This document shows, one piece after another, positions 61,991 through 64,000 of a DNA stretch of 64,000 nt; position 1 is the stretch's first letter; every line of letters starts with the position of its first letter. This DNA is from Macrostomum lignano. Taxonomy: Eukaryota. The stretch spans positions 744,001-808,000 of the forward strand of contig NIVC01000032.1 of NCBI GenBank assembly GCA_002269645.1. Direction: 5' to 3'. Both the position numbers and the translations under genes were made by a program. The notes under the pieces were generated by a model. It was not told the origin of the DNA. It saw only the letters and a program-made list of their open reading frames with translations, and ran no database searches.

Positions 61991-62431
61991 TACCCAGCAC
62001 AGCATTATAGCTGCATTTAATTACGGATTGAACAGCCGTACGCAGCCGTCAGATGCGCTGCGCAATAGCTGCGGCTGAGCTGTCGGTAGCTGGATGAGCT
62101 GAAGCAATACAGAGTTTAGTGTCTTGCTCAAAGACACTAACTGTTCCGAGTGGGTCGAGAATACGCCGCTCGTAATACTAGGCTATTTGTGTTGTCTTGT
62201 TAGGCTGGATGCTATCAGTTCTTATTTAGCTACCTTAGCTTGGCGCTTTGCTGCTCCGTCGGTGAGTCAAGCTGGCAGGTACTCGTAGAATCTTCCGCGC
62301 AGAGTCGTTCTGCCCATGGCCGGTGCTCACCGCGCAGCTTCTTCTTGAAGTCTGCTTCTCTTCACAAATTGCTTCTAGTGGTTCGAAGAATTTATCTAAA
62401 AAAAGTCATAATTTATGTGATACCTTCATCA

Positions 62432-62794
62432 GGGGGGCCGTAGCCCAGCGGTAGCGCAGCTGCTCTGGTGTGCCGCGACCCAGGCTCGATTCCAAGTGCA
62501 GCCACATTAATTTGGGGCTGAATTGGAATTTCGGCTTGGCTCGCTTGTGCAATTAACGGCCTTGAGAGCCAACCCCCCAAGGCGCAGTGAAGTGTACATG
62601 CCTAACGATAAAATAAAGTTAGGGCCGCTGTACACTCCTGTGTGAGTGAGTGCCTGCGTACGTATCCGCGCGCTTGTATGCCTGCTCAGGGGAGTCGGCG
62701 GAATGGGCAGTAATGCCTCTCGCCGGTTGTGTGCCTATGTCGCTTAAAGTGCGCCAGGGTGCACACAACCCCCCTGCCTCTAATAAAAAAAATA
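62432..62794 (+). mobile_element. Complete tRNA-derived SINE family A element with A-rich tail and 13-bp TSD
   Basis: TSD GATACCTTCATCA at 62419-62431 and 62795-62807; A box TAGCCCAGCGG; B box GGCTCGATTCC; tail TAATAAAAAAAATA. Confidence 0.92.
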
Positions 62795-63446
62795 GATACC
62801 TTCATCAACTCAAACACTGATTCGGAATTCCAATTGTCATCTCAGTTTTCATTTTGCTACTCAGTTGGAATTTTGGTCGCATAGAAATGCAAAACACTCG
62901 TACTTAGCAAATATTGAATTAGGGCTCATACGGAATGAACAATTAAATCAATAAATCTATGCTTCCGTGTTTACTTTGCATGCGACCCGGCGGAATAACG
63001 GGGTAGGTTAATACGGATAGAAATACAAAGGGTATAGATGGCCTCTCTTCCTCACTCTTCCTGCAAGCACGCGATTGCCAAAATAATTGGCTATATTTTC
63101 ATTGCTGGAATTCTAGACTGCCTCACTGTGCCACAAATTCTACTAGGTAAATATAACATGAAAGCCCCAGTCATGAAACTGCTTAAGCAGGGATGAAGTG
63201 GTCGCTGCCACCACTGCACTTGCTTCGGCCTGCTTCTCTCCACCGATAGTTACCATAGCAACTAATAAAACAGCATATAACAGCTAGGGGAGAGAGAAAT
63301 GTTTGGGGTAAAAAATAGAAGCAAGAGAGAAGTATACCAGAGAGATTTCTGCTCCCTATATAAGCTGTTTAATCCCTGGCCCGATTAACTGACTAACTAT
63401 ATCGTCCGAATCTGACTCGCACAGATCATTATCTTGCACTAAAGCC

Positions 63447-64000
63447 ATGACTGCGGACGCGTTGAATTCATCCAGACGGCCAAGAAGTTGCTGCGACAAA
63501 TCTTGGAGGTCGGCTAGGCGATCGGTACTAAGCCAGGCAGCCACTGAGTCCACTGCTCACGGTTTGTCTCGAACGGTAGGAGACAGGCACTGGGTCGTGC
63601 GAATGCTCTGGCTATTGGCATTCCTAGTTGTGGTGTCGGTACTATTGAAACTTCTAGTCGACGCTGTGAATCGCCTGGCTAGTCAGCCGGTGAGCACGGC
63701 TGTGTCACCAAATTTGGAAAAGTTTGCATTCCCCGATATTCATATTTGCTCCTATCCGATGGTATCCGCAAGCTACTCCGCCACGATGTCAGACGCTGAG
63801 CTAAATTACACCAACTGGAAGATTAATCGCATTATGAACGTACTACACCAGGCAAACATTACCGGAGAGGAGTTGGTTCGACTAGCTGCTCAAATCTTTG
63901 TTGGCAGCGTTCCATACAGCTTTCTCAGTCGGAACATGGGCATGCGGATGGAGCAGACGATTATTGGCGCAACTGTCATGCCAGTGACGCATAATCTTGT
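63447..64000 (+). CDS. DEG/ENaC (ASIC/pickpocket-family) channel subunit, 5' part, runs off the window
   Basis: ATG in AAAGCCATGA context; the frame is open to the end of the window. MTADALNSS...ESTAHGLSR (pre-TM1 HG motif), RMLWLLAFLVVVSVLLKLL (TM1 with conserved W), SQPVSTAV, FAFPDIHICS (FPAVTICN-like). Missing from the ORF track because it has no stop in the window. Confidence 0.85.
   Translation, partial: MTADALNSSRRPRSCCDKSWRSARRSVLSQAATESTAHGLSRTVGDRHWVVRMLWLLAFLVVVSVLLKLLVDAVNRLASQPVSTAVSPNLEKFAFPDIHICSYPMVSASYSATMSDAELNYTNWKINRIMNVLHQANITGEELVRLAAQIFVGSVPYSFLSRNMGMRMEQTIIGATVMPVTHNL

Noticed and set aside
63356-63553. 65-aa minus-strand ORF
   Set aside because: Antisense to the DEG/ENaC start, which has clear family motifs.

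Overview
Intron-rich animal genomic DNA. About a quarter of the window (my tally is about 15 kb) is mini- or microsatellite. This style is consistent with a free-living flatworm such as Macrostomum, which is an inference only. Genes were reconstructed by hand from splice sites and reading phase: a glycine/amino-acid-type SLC6 transporter (-, at least 10 exons); an SK/KCNN Ca2+-activated K+ channel (+, 3 coding exons); a divergent SAP-domain ORF and NHL-repeat ORF bracketed by copies of a terminal-inverted-repeat sequence; a PHD+SPOC gene of the DIDO1/PHF3/PPS family apparently lacking the TFIIS-like domain (+, 6 exons); a 5-exon type II membrane TNF-superfamily (Eiger/EDA-like) ligand not visible as a whole in the ORF track, with an intact tRNA-Asp 37 nt after its stop codon; an orphan class A GPCR with altered DRY/NPxxY motifs and a 1.56-kb foldback element in its probable first intron; and the 5' part of a DEG/ENaC channel at the window end. 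Mobile DNA includes a decayed mariner, several MITE/foldback elements and two tRNA-derived SINE families. One SINE copy is complete with a 13-bp TSD; the other family is CORE-like. Most long ORFs in the track are satellite artefacts. The best leads are the TNF ligand with its 3'UTR tRNA, an exon-intron duplex in the SLC6 3' end that resembles an ADAR editing substrate, and the TIR-flanked SAP/NHL cassette.
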